A stretch of 64,000 nucleotides of DNA. It comes from Octopus vulgaris (Eukaryota). The position numbers and the translations under genes were made by a program. Below are positions 28,855-43,320 of this stretch, in pieces. Position 1 is the first letter of the stretch; every line of letters starts with the position of its first letter. The stretch covers positions 101,432,001-101,496,000 of the forward strand of contig OX597818.1 of NCBI GenBank assembly GCA_951406725.2. Reading direction: 5' to 3'. The notes below the pieces were generated by a model, which was given only the letters and a program-made list of their open reading frames with translations, was not told the origin of the DNA and made no database searches.

Positions 28855-29169
28855 GGGGCTGATCGCTACCAAACTCAGATACCAGGAAACCCAAAAATGG
28901 CAGAAATTCAAAAGATAGTGCTCATGGGAACTGCTCATATCCTACGCAAAATACATTCTATGTAATCTCAAGGTTTAAAACAAACATAATTTTCGGGTTT
29001 AAAAAAAAAAAATTGTTTTTTTAGACGTTCATTAATACAACACCAAACCCCCCAATTATATGGCACACTAGGCATAACAACAACATGAACTTCCAACCTG
29101 TTGTCTCTTGAGGTCTCTGGGTGAGACTTGGAGCCAACTTGTACAAATGTAAAGCAAAACTCAAACATA

Positions 29170-29170
<1 letters not shown>
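28855..29170 (+). mobile_element. 3' end fragment of an R4/Dong LINE, same family as 50740-54730
   Basis: cagataccaggaaacccaaaaatggcagaaattcaaaagatagtg matches about 54428-54730; lies between (AAT)n tracts. Confidence 0.85.
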
Positions 29171-29245
<75 letters not shown>

Positions 29246-29293
29246 TACAATAATAATAATAATGATAATAATAATAATAATAATAACAATAAC

Positions 29294-29352
<59 letters not shown>

Positions 29353-29353
<1 letters not shown>

Positions 29354-32339
29354 TGCTAGGGCAATTGAAACCAGCTGTATGCCCCCGAAAAAACAAAGAA
29401 AACAAAACCTGGGAAGAAATCAAACCTGGAGTAGTAAAATTGAAAAAGAGATTGAATTTATGAGAGGGGAAATATCAATATTAAATGAACTAATATGTGG
29501 AAATGATGTAAGATCCAGAACAGGAAGAAAGATGAAGAGAAAATTTGGATCCTCACCAAGAGAAGAACTGATATCAATAAAAGAAACGCTGAAACAAAAA
29601 GTCCAAGCAAAAGCCCAAAGAATACGAAGATTTGAGAAGAGAAACAAGTTTTACAAGCAAAATAAGCTGTTCACATCCAATGCCAAAAAATTCTACAGAG
29701 AAATAGGGAAGGAGAAAGTAACCGTTAAAGACCCCCTCCCATGGAAGAAGTTCAAAACTTTTGGGAAAGGATCTGGAGTGACAAGAAGACGTACAACATA
29801 AATGCAGACTGGATTATACAAACTGAAGGATCCTACCAAAATTTACAACAACAAGCATGGGAAGACATCACAATAGCAGACCTAAGAAAGGCACTCACGA
29901 AGGCCCATAATTGGAAATCCCCCGGTAAAGATAGGGTGCCGAATTTCTGGCTCGCATCGCTCCCGTGCGCACACGGTAAGCTAGTTCAGCTGCTCAATGG
30001 AATTTTGAGAGACCCAAAGAAAACACCTGAATGGTTAGCAAGTGGCATTACTTACCTACTCCCAAAGAATAACGAAACCAACCTTCCAAAAAACTATCGG
30101 CCTATAACCTGTCTATCCACCACGTATACAATCCTAACATCTATCCTGGCGGAGAAAACATATGCATTCATGGAGAAGAACGATATTTTCCCCATTGAAC
30201 AAAAAGGGTGCCGCCGAGGCTCTTACGGATGCAAAGATCAACTGCTAATCAATCGTATGATCCTTGAGAACTGTCACAACAAGCGCAGAAATCTCAGCAC
30301 CGCATGGATTGACTATAAAAAGGCCTTCGACAGTATACCGCATCCATGGATCTTGAGATCGCTGGACATCTTTAAAATTTCCCCTGTGATTTCAAACTTC
30401 CTGAAGCACAATATGTCGTTGTGGAATACGAATCTCCAATTATACCACTCTAATGGAGTGCTTGCCTCAGAAAATATAAACATCAACTGTGGAATTTTTC
30501 AAGTTGACTCACTTTCACCTTTAATATTCTGCATAGCCCTAATACCCCTTACAAGTGAATTAAACAGAACAGGGTATGGGTATAAAATTGCCAATAAAAA
30601 AATAAGCCATCTATTTTATATGGATGACTTAAAACTTTATGGTAAAGACAATAATGAACTTGAATGCCTATTGCGCACCGTGAAAGCATTCAGCGATGAC
30701 ATCGGGATGGAGTTTGGACTTGAGAAGTGTGCCAAGGCCACTTTCCAGAAAGGGAAAGTGAAGACCACAAATTCAGTCGTGTTAGATGTTGACACAGTCA
30801 TAAGAGAGCTTGAGCAAGAACAGACATACAAATATTTAGGGATAAATGAAGGCTCTGGTATTCAGCATGCAAGCATGAAAGAGAAAATCAGGAAGGAATG
30901 TTATAGGAGAGTTCGTGCCGTCCTTAAATCTGAACTAAATGCACGTAACAAGGTGTTAGCTATAAATTCCTTAGCAGTTCCAGTTGTTACTTATAGCTAC
31001 AATGTGTTGAACTGGAATATGAGTGAAGTAAAGAATATAGATAGAAAAATAGAGTTGTAATAGGATGCACCACCCAAAGGCAGACGTAGATCGCCTTTAC
31101 CTTCCCAGAGCCCAAGGAGGTCGAGGCCTGATCCAATTTGAACTAGCTTACAAAACAACCACAATTGGACTGGCCAAATATCTCGAAATATCGAATGACT
31201 GGATGCTAAAGCTCGTGGAAAATCACGAGAGACGAAAGAAGCTTCATTCTATCATCAAGGAAAGCAAAAAATTTGCTATTGATCTCGTGCAGGATACCCA
31301 AACTGAACAAACCGAGGGAAGTACGGCAACTATTGTTGCAAAGAAGGTGAAAATGATGGCAATGAAAAAAGCGCACGAGCAATTGGCTGATAGGTGGGAG
31401 GAGAAACCTCTGCACGGCAAATATGTGACCCGCAGCAAACAAGCTGATGTTGACCAGAAGCAAACCCATCAGTGGCTGCGGAGCTCAGGGCTAAAAGCAG
31501 AGAGCGAAGGTTTCATCCTGGCTGCTCAAGACCAAAGCCTATTAACCCGGAACTACCAGGCCAATGTGATGAAAAATGGAGCAGACCCAAAATGCCGATT
31601 CTGCAACGACATGATTGAAACAGTGGACCACCTAATCTCTGGATGTAAAGTCTTAGCACCAGTGGAGTATAAATTAAGACATGACAGAGTTGGCCAATAT
31701 CTCCACTGGCTAATAAGTCGGCATTACAATATCGAAACTGCCGACAAGTGGTATAATCACCACCCTGAGGCTGTAACTGAAGGAGAAAATGTAACCATTC
31801 TGTGGGACTTTCCAGTACATACAGACCGAACCATCAAGGCCAATAAACCAGATATTGTTGTGAAAGACCAAAACAATAAAGTTTGCTTATTGATCGACAT
31901 GAGCATCCCCTGTGATCATAATATCTCAGCGAAAGAGTTTGACAAGCTCAGAAAATATAAAGACCTACTCATTGAAATTGAGAAAATGTGGCATCTCAAG
32001 ACGGTTACAATACCAGTGATCGTAGGAGCACTAAGAATGATCAAGAAGGGAACCGAAAATTATATGAGAATGTTCCCTGGCTTACCATCCCTGCAAGAAG
32101 TGCAAAACATTGTCTTAACTGGTACATCACACGTATTGAGAAGAGCATTGTCGATGTGAGAACTGTTGCTGCTCATGTATTTTAATTTTAATTTAACTTA
32201 AAAAAAAAAAAAAAAAAAAAATGAACGAACTACTGAGTTTGGTTTAATGGCCTACCAATATACACTATGAGTTTCTTTGCTCTAGGAGTCGGGAAGACAC
32301 TCGGCAAGAAATGGAAGAAAATTTGAAAGAAGAAAAAAA

Positions 32340-32340
<1 letters not shown>
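29353..32340 (+). mobile_element. R4/Dong-type non-LTR retrotransposon, 5'-truncated, lightly disrupted
   Basis: RT motifs WIDYKKAFDS, GIFQxDSLSP, LFYMDD; CRFC..ETVDHLISGC knuckle, RHD, KPD..D..K..KY REL nuclease. Flanked on both sides by (AAT)n. Confidence 0.93.
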
Positions 32341-32392
<52 letters not shown>

Positions 32393-33242
32393 TAGAGCTG
32401 AATAAGAAGCAAACAATACAAGAAATATCCGAGGAAATATAATAAATGTAAATCGCGAGAAGTGAATAACGGCACTCTTATTCAGTCGGTGCTGCCGAAA
32501 GTCAGAAATGAAATGTAGAAGATTAACGCTTCTTTTGGATGTGGAGAATTATACTACACATTCCACTGTCCTAGTAAAAATCGAAAATACTTCAAGTGTG
32601 ATAAGATAGCTCGTAAACAATCACATGTTAAAACAAAACTTAGAAAACAGTTCACCTGAGAACAGTCATGTAAACTGTTTATCGGCGAGAGGTAATGCAG
32701 AAAAGGCTCAAATAAAATGTGTGTATATAAAAAGTATTAATGCTGTTAGATATAGTTAGTGACATTACATTAATTAATGAAAACATATGGAAAACAATCG
32801 CGAAGCGTATACTAGTGAAACCTTGAAGTATGCACGTGAGGTATCGGAAATTAAATTAAGGTTTAAAGGGGAAAATATCTGTAACGTTGCATTTCGGAGT
32901 AAGACTAGAAAACATAAGAAAAATTTGTTTTTTAACTGACGGGAAGGAACTGTTCGACTTATGGGATTTGCTCACAAATAATTTATATAGAAATGTAACG
33001 GGACCATGTACCAGTTCTAATACAGTCAGATAACTTTTAAAAAGGAATGAAAATGTTTTCCCTGGCCATTATTTTTCCGGGAGAATTGGAACTACAAGAT
33101 GTCTGATAAAATATAGTTATTTTATTTAAATCATTTATAATCAAATATGCAAAACGTCTTATTTTTTCATTAATATATTTTCTTCCGAAAATATACTCCA
33201 CAAAGACATCATTTGGTCGTAATGATACCAAATTGCCAAACA

Positions 33243-33358
33243 TCAGCCTATCATAACGCAGATTAATAATACATATCCCATCCATGGTTGGTATTCAACT
33301 TTAGACCCGTTATCTTTTTTTTCTTTTTCTTCTTTTTCTGTGGTTGTAGGAGGTTCTC
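33243..33358 (-). CDS. Terminal exon of a further gene (B) with a short hydrophobic, GPI-signal-like tail (GEPPTTTEKEEKEKKDNGSKVEYQPWMGYVLLICVMIG*)
   Basis: Strong acceptor tttcattttttgtatattgcag|, phase 1. Hydrophilic stalk, NGS, spacer, hydrophobic end. Confidence 0.55.
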
Positions 33359-33675
33359 CTGCAATATACAAAAAATGAAATTTTATAAGAATATAATTTA
33401 TTATTTCATGAATTATCAATATTATCCAAATCCACTTGAGAATTGTAGGCTTCTGAAGCATAGTTGTTCCTTTCCTTTGTGAGTGTAAAACAGACTTGCA
33501 CATCGTGAACATCAGTCTAACACTTAATTGCAACAGATATAAATTTTGGCGGAATTAAATTATCTCCACGTACATCTTTTTGATCATTATTCCAATCCAT
33601 GCTTAATACGCATATCTAAAGGTTCCATTTTAAGTCCCAGACGATTTGAATTTATGTTCCATTTAACGTACAAAC

Positions 33676-33725
33676 CTCCACCCTCTGTACTCAAATCATG
33701 TTTTGTTGAAGTGTTGAGACATTGG
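33676..33725 (-). CDS. Candidate internal exon of gene B (QCLNTSTKHDLSTEGG)
   Basis: Acceptor tttcattttctcacacgtgtcag| and donor G|gtttgt. Phase 2 to phase 1 fits the terminal exon. The start resembles gene A NALNSTT. Confidence 0.35.
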
Positions 33726-34507
33726 CTGACACGTGTGAGAAAATGAAACTGTCATAAGTTAAGGAATTCAAATCTTTCACTAATTTTACGCGATTTAATT
33801 AGGATGTACCGTGAATATTTCACTTTCATTCTTCTCTCGTAATGCGTTTAAAATATATAATTAATATTACATTGATCGAGTAAATTAATAGAAAGAATTC
33901 GCTTACATATGTACGATGTATAATTGGAAACATGGTTAATATATACATATGTGTGTGTGTGTGTGTGTGTGTGATTTGTGTGATTGCCAGTGTGTGTGTG
34001 TATGTGTGTGTGTGTGTAAATATTTCAAACAATTAGTGCTCGCTTCGCAGTTATTCCGTAAAACTATTGATAACGTTGTAGCATCGTGGGTGGGATTATT
34101 GTCGAAAGATTAATGCCAAAGAATGATAATAGGCGATGTGAAGAATATGCTACCCTCAGAGTTCATACTAAAAAGGGCAATATATATATATATACGTACA
34201 TATATATGTATATTTGCATATGCTTTATTTATTAATTTATTATTACATATATATATGCGTGTGTGAGTGTACAAGTTCAGTGGAGCTATAGTTTAATATG
34301 ATATTATCCTCACAGTTTAAAAAAATGTGATTATAATCAAAATAAGCAGCAAGAATATCCAGAGGTAATGCAGTACGATCGTTTTTGTGTGCAGTTGAAT
34401 ATTACTCTACATATTAAATCGATATAATGTTTGCATTGTTGAAAGGAACGAAGTATCATTGCACGATCGTGCTGCATTACCTCTGGATATCCTTCTGGGT
34501 TATATTG

Positions 34508-34849
<342 letters not shown>

Positions 34850-34929
34850 GCTTGAGTTGCTTTTCATCAGAAGGATTATATGTGATATATAATCTAATGC
34901 GATGAGGTAGGGAAAAATATGCTAAAATA

Positions 34930-36257
34930 TGATCTCTTTAGTTTTGGTCACGGATTTTTAATTACCGTTTTTTTTTAAACTAAAGAGTTGAAAATTTCAT
35001 ATACTAGTGTAATTTCTCATGCAGAACACATTTTACGTTGACCATTTTTTAAAAAAATCTTATTTTAGAAGTCATTTCGTGCTAAAGTTGTTGTATTTCG
35101 GCAATTCTCACCAATTAATGGCGTATATTCAGTTGAAGAAATCTACTGCTGTTCTCCAGGGTAAGCGAATAGGAACGACCTCCGGCTTATCTCTACTAAA
35201 TGACACAATATTTTTCTATTTCATTGTTGTTTACAGCCTGTGTTGCATATTACAAGCTTTTCTTTTTGGTTATCGCATCGGAGTACTCAGTAAGCAATGA
35301 CGAATTAACAGGAAGAATGAATAAATACTATTTACCTAAATTTTTTGTTGCCCGACATCAGTATTCAAAGTGCAGGTCCGTAGTTTGGGGAAATGTTTGG
35401 TTTTATCTACACATAAACCGCACCAGTTTTAAAAGACCTATACAGCTATGGGTCCGCAGCTATCTTTTTTATTGTTGAAGTATATATAGTTTCAACATGC
35501 CTTATGTTACAAATATGTGATATATTGAATTTGTAATGATTTTATCTTACTATAATCAACATTTCGTCAATATAAAAAAAAATAATATTATCAAAGGATA
35601 AAGGTAAAAGAAAACAAATATACTTTGTTTTCTTCCGGACCCTAATAGTCTTTCACGTTGTTAGCCAACCGACCTTTCATCTGAAAAAATTCAGTGGAAT
35701 CGGTCGATCTCGATACACAAATGATTTTCCTCCTGAAACTATCAAAAAAGTACACATATTAAGCGCAACTTTCTATGAGCCAAACACTAAATATTCCAGG
35801 TAATATATATTGACTTATGCAGCGGAAAATAGTGTAATTGTTGTGACAGTGACTAGTTCACTCGTTGCTTGGGAGTCGATAGTGTAGGAGTGTCTGTCTG
35901 ACAGACAGTAGAGAGGGAAGGAGTAAGGAATGCACGGTGCTTACTAGAAAGGAACAAAGAATGACATAGGAACAGAACAGTGTGCTGGCATTTATTCCAG
36001 GTGACCCGGACGTTGTTCCTCTTTGATTCCTATCGCAAACCCCAGTAGATTTCATCAGCTGAATACACCTTAGTGATTGGCTAAAATCACCCTAATACGA
36101 CAAATTTAACACAAAATCGGTTCTAAAGTACGTACTTTCGTAAAAAATGTTCAAACTAAACCGTATTCTGCGTGAGGAATTACACCAGTACATGAAGTTT
36201 GAAACTGCTTAGTTTTAAAAAAATATAATAAACTGTGTGCTAAACTGGACAGATCCC
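34930..36257. mobile_element. Older long-TIR non-autonomous element ending in GATCCC
   Basis: Imperfect inverted similarity between about 34930-35120 and 36075-36257. Confidence 0.55.
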
Positions 36258-38861
36258 TGAAAATGTATTAGGTGCAAATATGTTCTGCTTCTAAGATAGA
36301 TATATCGGAAAATGGATGTTCACAGAATATTTTCTGTGTGACACACTTTTTGTTTGTAACGCACCTTCCCATGATAGGATATTGATGAAACTCTTCTTTA
36401 CAGCTTTACATAATCTGCAATATAGAGATTAGAAATATGTTAGTATTCTAGCTTAATAAATTATGACATTTTGAAAGTAAAACTGAAATCTGAAATTAAA
36501 ACTAACTCGGAAAGCTGTTTTAATGACCATTGGGATTATTGAGTGACAAATTCAAGCATTCCTTTCTTATTAAAAATAGAACGCAATGCAAAAAGAAAAT
36601 AGAAGATACTTGTGCCCCAAACCTTTAAATACAAGTGTTTTAAATGGAAAACCTCTGTTCACTGTGTCTGAACTAATTAAACATGAAAATATATTACGGG
36701 AAACAATTATGGGGTGAACATGAGACGAACGTAATAGAAGTGAGAGCTAAGAAACTGCTGTTCTCGTTCATAGCGCAACATTTTTAGTAGGGATTTAAGT
36801 GATGGCGTAACAAACAAGCGCTGAGAGTTGAGAGTGTGACAGCAGGATCAAGAAGATTTGCAGCTTCACATTCAGTTTTATGCGCATTAACTGAAGATAG
36901 TAAAACAGGTTCAGAATAAGAGATCCTAGATATAAACTTTATCAACTGTTTTACTCGTCATTTTAAATGCAATTGACAAATACATAGCTGAATTCAAAAT
37001 TTAGCATCTGTAAACAGATATAAACTGCAAAATTGGATTTAACACGTATCACCTAGCGACTGATGCCCGTGTTTAAATATTAACAAATATGTAAAATTCT
37101 AGCCATATTTATCATAAAACTGTTTCACAATTCTAAGAGAAAGGGAGGTTCAACAGTGAAGCAATGCAAACTTAAGAGACATGATAATGTTTCCGACATT
37201 AACCTGGAAGACGGACTACGAACAGCTATGACTGTACGGTTTCTGATATCATATAAATCTTACTAAACCTGAACACACTTCACTAGAAGAAGGTGGTCAG
37301 CAGATACATAAGTACGCATCTGTGTTTCGATATGATTTTACAATGTTATAAAACAAATTCTAGAGCAAAGAATATTAAATTGAGAAGCTTTAGCTTAGGT
37401 TAAATGTAACTTTAAAAATCATAACTATAATTCAATATAATTCAGTATCAATATAATTCAGAAGGTTTCTAGAAAATATCTAGTTATAAAGAAGCAAAAT
37501 GAAAGTGGCCGTATTTTGTTGAACACAGGACGAATATACATAGAAAGGGATGTTAACGCATATGTGGTGCTTGCATGACCCAGACGTTGATTGGTTATTA
37601 ACAGAATCCTATTTCAGCTGTTGTTCCTAATTTCGCAGAAAACGGTAAAATATTGAAAACAACATTTGGAAAATTAAGGTATAAAGAAATATCATTTTAC
37701 AAGCCTGAAATGATACTTGATATTACGTTTAACGATGTCAAAATAAACAACTGTTGGAATTACATTCTGAGGTAGAAGGTAAGAAGAGTCCCCATATTGC
37801 TAAATCTGGAATCAGGTACACAATGTGATCAATTCACGATGTAACTTTTTTGAATATTTAATTAACTTTTGCTACTTACCTTTTTCCACACACTTTTAAT
37901 TTGGTACATAACAAAGGTTAGAATGTTTGTTCTTAATATGTTATATGATCTAGTCATTCTCTTTGTATACTCATTTATTCTTGAATGTTAAGAGATGTTT
38001 CTTTTTGTTTCTCTTTCCCAATTTCTAAATGGCTTCGTTTTTATTTACCACGTCTCTAATATATATGATATACATGTTGAATTACGCAAACCCATCCATC
38101 TACATATGTGCACTCGTTTATTTCACAGACCTATACACCTGCCATATAATATAACGACAATGAAAATTTTGAAAGGTAAACACGCAAACTCACTGGTTTT
38201 CTACAAATATCATTCTGTGTGTTTCATCCAGGCATTTGAAGATATACTTTTCAAAGTCGTCGATCAGAGCCTTGAAACCTTTTAAGCTTGAATGACAAAG
38301 AAGAAACTTATTAAACATAATTTTTCTCTCGATAATAAGTGACAACTATACAAATTTTATGGTTTCCATATTTATCAATTTGCTTTCATTTTCGAATCGA
38401 CAAAGTATTTCGATATGTCATTTCACCAAATGCTGACCTGGTCGTACCATTATTTACATTATGTCATATTACTATTGTCAGCCCTAAGGTGGTGAGTTAG
38501 TCGGACCTTTAGTACTTATCGGCTATTCCTCAGGCTATACGTTGTAATTTCAAACGCGCATAATCCTGCCAGTCAATAAAAGGGATCACTTACAAACTTG
38601 GTTCAATAAGTCGATTGGCCACTACAAATTTTACCACAACACATTTCGCGACTATGTTATAATGAATTTTCGATTTTGACATTATTCATTCTAGACATTC
38701 TAGATCTCAAAGTGTAACAATGGGGTTTAACGCAATTTAATCATAGATGTTATAATAACTTTGAGAGGGCAGGGGAAAATTGGTACAAAATTAATCGAAC
38801 AACTATACAACCTCACTATAAGGATACGATTAACTCCATTAAACTGTTGTATTAATATAAT

Positions 38862-39021
38862 TCAGTAGGTTTCTAGAAAATATCTAGTTATAAAGAAACA
38901 AAATGAAAGTGGCCGTATTTTGTTGAACACAGGACGAATATACATAGAAAGTGATGTTAACGCATGTGTGGTGCTTGCATGACCCATACGTTGATTGGTT
39001 ATTAACAGAATCCTATCCCAG
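38862..39021 (-). CDS. Putative terminal exon of gene C (WDRILLITNQRMGHASTTHALTSLSMYIRPVFNKIRPLSFCFFITRYFLETY*)
   Basis: First AG (aacaacag|) after a 68-nt intron that contains a CTAAT branch-like motif. In frame with ORF 38862..39053. Confidence 0.45.
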
Positions 39022-39089
39022 CTGTTGTTCGTAATGAAGGCGTTATAATCCATTCATTAGTTTACAATAAAATATAGATAAATACTTAC

Positions 39090-39143
39090 AAACGAGCGTC
39101 TTGGAAGAGAACACTAGCGACATCTTGGCGTCTTATCTCGCGA
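39090..39143 (-). CDS. Short exon, 54 nt (REIRRQDVASVLFQDAR), putative gene C
   Basis: Acceptor aaatttactcttttag| and donor TT|gtaagt; only phase 2 is stop-free. Confidence 0.7.
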
Positions 39144-39803
39144 CTAAAAGAGTAAATTTTAAAATGATATGAAGTTATATTCATTTCTCGCAACGATGTA
39201 AAATATTGTCATTAATGCACAAATTGTCATCGTTTTCAAAGATTTGTAATTGTCAAAATATACAAGAACTTGTTACAAGAAAATATTCGAATACATAGAT
39301 CTTCTGTGGAATTATATTTCATTTATGTATCTATTCGAAGTGAATAGAAATAAATTACTGTAAGGAAAATATTGTTGTAACGGCATGGTGAACACCAAAC
39401 AAGGAGTTCAGTTACTATTACGCCTCATTCCACAATGAGGAATGACAAATGATAAAAATTTCAATTTAAAAGATTAATTCTTTTGTTTTACATACGAAAT
39501 AGAAGAAAAAGCTTGCCGAATCCATAAAATAGATAAATGTATGAATGTGCGTGTGTGTATGTGCGTATACATGCACGCATGTATGCCTGAATGTATGTCT
39601 GCACGCATGTGAGCATAAGGGGGTGCTAAAAACTTTCTGGTTTTAGAGGTGTTGCAAAAGGCACGGCTGGAGACCCAAATTTCATAATTCTTTTGCAGGA
39701 CTTAAAAAACTCAAGGAATATTGCAATATGCGTACAAATCTGAATCTGTAAGGGGAATATTTGGAAGAATCTTTTAAGGATATTTTCTTCAACTCCCCTT
39801 CGT

Positions 39804-39854
<51 letters not shown>

Positions 39855-39859
<5 letters not shown>

Positions 39860-40151
39860 TCGACCAGACTATCAGATGTTGCTACACGTCGCTGGTTACA
39901 ATACGCTTCGTATTGTTTTAGCCTTCAAATGACGCCACCCAACTGGCTAAGCGAGCAGGCCAATAGACGAAAGAGTGAGAGAAAGTTGTGGCGAAATAGT
40001 ACAGCAGGGATCGCCCCCCCCCTGCCGGAGATTCGCCGATCTTTTAGGTGTTTTCTCTCAATAAACACACACAACAGCCGGTCAGGGAATCGAAACCGCG
40101 ATCCTCCCACCGCAAGTCCGCTGCCCTAACCACTGGGCCATTGCGCCTCCA
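39855..40151 (-). mobile_element. tRNA-derived SINE (second family); partial copy at 41150-41268
   Basis: Minus-strand head ggaggcgcaatggcccagtggttagggcagcggacttgc...ggtttcgattccc with A/B boxes. Confidence 0.8.
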
Positions 40152-40161
40152 TACACACATG

Positions 40162-40193
<32 letters not shown>

Positions 40194-40361
40194 ATTGTAA
40201 TTTAGGGTATCTAAGAGATACCGCCACGCTGAAATAGCAGTCAAACTTGACTCTAAAACCACATTAAATGTCTACTATTTCTAGCGTGGATGTATCTCTT
40301 AGATACCCTAAATTATTATTTTAATTAAGATCGGTATTTGAATATAGATCTTATCTTTAGT

Positions 40362-40421
<60 letters not shown>

Positions 40422-40506
40422 CTAAGGATAAGACTGATATTAAAATACCGATCTTATCAGGTGGCCAGCATATATGTATATATATATATATATATGAACA
40501 TAAAAT

Positions 40507-40705
<199 letters not shown>

Positions 40706-40865
40706 CTAAAGATAAGATCATATTCAAATACCGATAATTAAAATAATAATTTTGGGTGTCTAAGAGATACATCCACGCTAGAAATAGTAGACATTTAATG
40801 TGGTTTTAGAGTCAAGTTTGACTGCTATTTCAGCGTGGCGGTATCTCTTAGATACCCTAAATTAC

Positions 40866-40955
<90 letters not shown>

Positions 40956-41266
40956 GAAAAACAGAATATGAAGTCCGGTGTATAAATAACAAAAAGCTGG
41001 AGTAGTGTAACGCTCTGGAAGTTGAGGAAGTCTTTTACGTTTCAAACGTACGCTCTTCAACAGGAACACTCGGAAATGAACAGAAGCGAGAACACACACT
41101 CACATACACACACAGACAAACCCATCCACACACACACATATGTATATAGCTCGTGGAGCTTTATGTGTTTTCACTCAATAAACACTCACAGCGCCCGGTC
41201 TGGGAATCGAAACTACGATCCTACGATTGCAAGTCCGCTGCCCTAACCACTGGGCCATCGCGCCTC

Positions 41267-41349
<83 letters not shown>

Positions 41350-41458
41350 TATATATACATATATTTATATATATATACATATATAAATTTTATAATTATA
41401 TATGCATATATAAATTTTGTCAATTCAAATAGAAAGTTATTAATTCAAATGAACTTAC

Positions 41459-41485
41459 TCCCTCCAGTTATCGGTATTGTGTTTT
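41459..41485 (-). CDS. Micro-exon, 27 nt (KHNTDNWR), putative gene C
   Basis: attcttcctttttag|AAAACACAATACCGATAACTGGAGGGA|gtaagt. Confidence 0.7.
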
Positions 41486-41682
41486 CTAAAAAGGAAGAAT
41501 ATTGAGAAATTAATGTTTCCTGAATAATGCAGAACCAGATTATTTTTGAAACATCAGAAAGCAGTTGAAAGGCAAAAGATTTTCAGGAAGTTGAACAAAT
41601 ATATAACAATAAATTGACTATGAAAAAGATAGCACAACACATATTTTTCTTAGGACGAGCATAATGACACAGCAGATATAAG

Positions 41683-41787
<105 letters not shown>

Positions 41788-41789
41788 GT

Positions 41790-41829
<40 letters not shown>

Positions 41830-41830
41830 T

Positions 41831-41873
<43 letters not shown>

Positions 41874-42132
41874 CTAATATCTGCTGTGTCATTATGCTCG
41901 TCCTAAGAAGAATATGTGTTTGTATGTGTGTATGTGTGTATGTTTGTCCCATCACACACAACGCTTGAGAACAGCGTTGGATTATGCTTATATCGCCGCA
42001 ACATTATGGTTCTACAACTGAGTTAGATAGAATAATTACCAGGCTTAAAATCTAACTAACGACGAATCATGTGACTAAATAGTCTTCACGGCATTTTTTC
42101 ACCAGTATAAGCATTCTAATTATCACACCTAC

Positions 42133-42144
42133 ATTTGGACACCA
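42133..42144 (-). CDS. Micro-exon, 12 nt (GVQ), putative gene C
   Basis: acatttacacttacag|TGGTGTCCAAAT|gtaggt. Confidence 0.55.
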
Positions 42145-42812
42145 CTGTAAGTGTAAATGTGTCATTGGCATTAAACGTTTTTGAAACATATTATATAAAT
42201 GGGACAAGCATTCATGTCAGAGAATTGTAACATTATATCTGTGGAAAATTCATGGATGCGTAATAAAAATAGCTTCGTAATATAGATATGAATGGCGCGA
42301 CTAGCAAGCGGTTGGACATTAACGTTTGCGACAGGAGGGTTGTGTGAAAAGCAAAGCTTATTGCATCCCCTCATAGCAGAGTAAAGGCAGTGAAGCACTT
42401 TGATATTGGTATTCATTTTGTGGTCGCCAGTCTTGATAGTCTTTATACAGGAGGTATATTTTTTTACAATCTGAGCTATTAAATCCTGAGTTAAATATAT
42501 AAAATGTGGGATATGCATAATTATTATTTTCATATATTCAGTGTTTATGTATGGGTTTAGTGGAAGAAGATTGGTAAGAAATGTGGTATATATTCTGAAG
42601 CTTATTGTGCAGGTAATATTGGATGCTCTTATTTTAGAAGGAGGAGTAGTGATCATGATATATAAGCTCTCCTTGGACAGTGTTCCTAATGTGGGTTTTA
42701 TAAAATCTCCTTCTTTTTGGAACGCTTTGATCTTAAGGGTAACTAAAACATGTCAATATCATGCAGTAAGTAACGATTGAAAATGTATGCGAATGAAAGG
42801 CCCAATACTTAC

Positions 42813-42848
42813 ATTTCGAAACGTATTTCTTTCATGAATTTCTCATCG
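42813..42848 (-). CDS. Micro-exon, 36 nt (DEKFMKEIRFE), putative gene C
   Basis: Acceptor cattttaattacag| and donor AT|gtaagt; only phase 2 is stop-free. Confidence 0.7.
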
Positions 42849-43184
42849 CTGTAATTAAAATGTGCATGACCCTGTAGTTTTAGCAGGATTTTAATCAATC
42901 AAATAATCGGTTAATCAACAGATACGTGTGTAATAATATAAATGCATGCATATTTATATAATGTCTGTAAATACATACACAAGTGACATAATACACAAAT
43001 ATATATTATACATATAAATATGTATATGTATGTTCTGCGTGCGTGCGTGTGTGTGTGTGTGTCTATGTGTGTAATATATTCCGGTTGGTGATGGTCGGTC
43101 ATAAAATTACAATTAATTTCCCGTTTTGTCTTGCTCTTAGCAATATAGGCGGTCCTTCAGATTAGCTGGATGGAAACGCATAAC

Positions 43185-43241
43185 CTGCTTACTAATGGAG
43201 GTGAGAAATAGCCTTTTGCCATCCATGTTGTGAACAAATTC
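43185..43241 (-). CDS. Short exon, 57 nt (NLFTTWMAKGYFSPPLVS), putative gene C
   Basis: Strong acceptor aaattttcatttcag|. Weaker donor AG|gttatg with a competing gtaagc 8 nt upstream. The preceding intron is only 61 nt. Confidence 0.45.
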
Positions 43242-43302
43242 CTGAAATGAAAATTTTGGATGCGAAAACCTCTTATGCGTCATATAGAATTAACTCACTT
43301 AC

Positions 43303-43320
43303 AATGTACGATTTTCTTCA
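43303..43320 (-). CDS. Micro-exon, 18 nt (EENRT), putative gene C
   Basis: ttctctgcttgatgactag|TGAAGAAAATCGTACATT|gtaagt. Confidence 0.5.

Larger units (their letters stand above)
27600..33010 (+). mobile_element. Highly degenerate Gypsy LTR retrotransposon interrupted by the (AAT)n/LINE block 28715-32391
   Basis: Gag knuckle remnant GCGE....HCPSKNRKYFKCDK near 32535-32610 and protease-like LDIVSDITLINENIWKTI near 32745-32800. Boundaries are approximate. Confidence 0.55.

Noticed and set aside
39295-39357. 63-nt segment with a good acceptor between gene C exons
   Set aside because: Stops in all three frames and a weak donor (gtattc); at most a poison exon.
40085-40151. tRNA-like sequence
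   Set aside because: It is the head of a SINE, followed by SINE body and repeated at about 41200-41268.
41025-41070. Further hammerhead-like motif on the minus strand (CTGTTGA..GAAACGTA)
   Set aside because: The core and stem II are degenerate, so the fold is not supportable.
42171-42656. 161-aa minus-strand ORF
   Set aside because: No recognisable motif or splice context; probably decayed retroelement sequence or chance.
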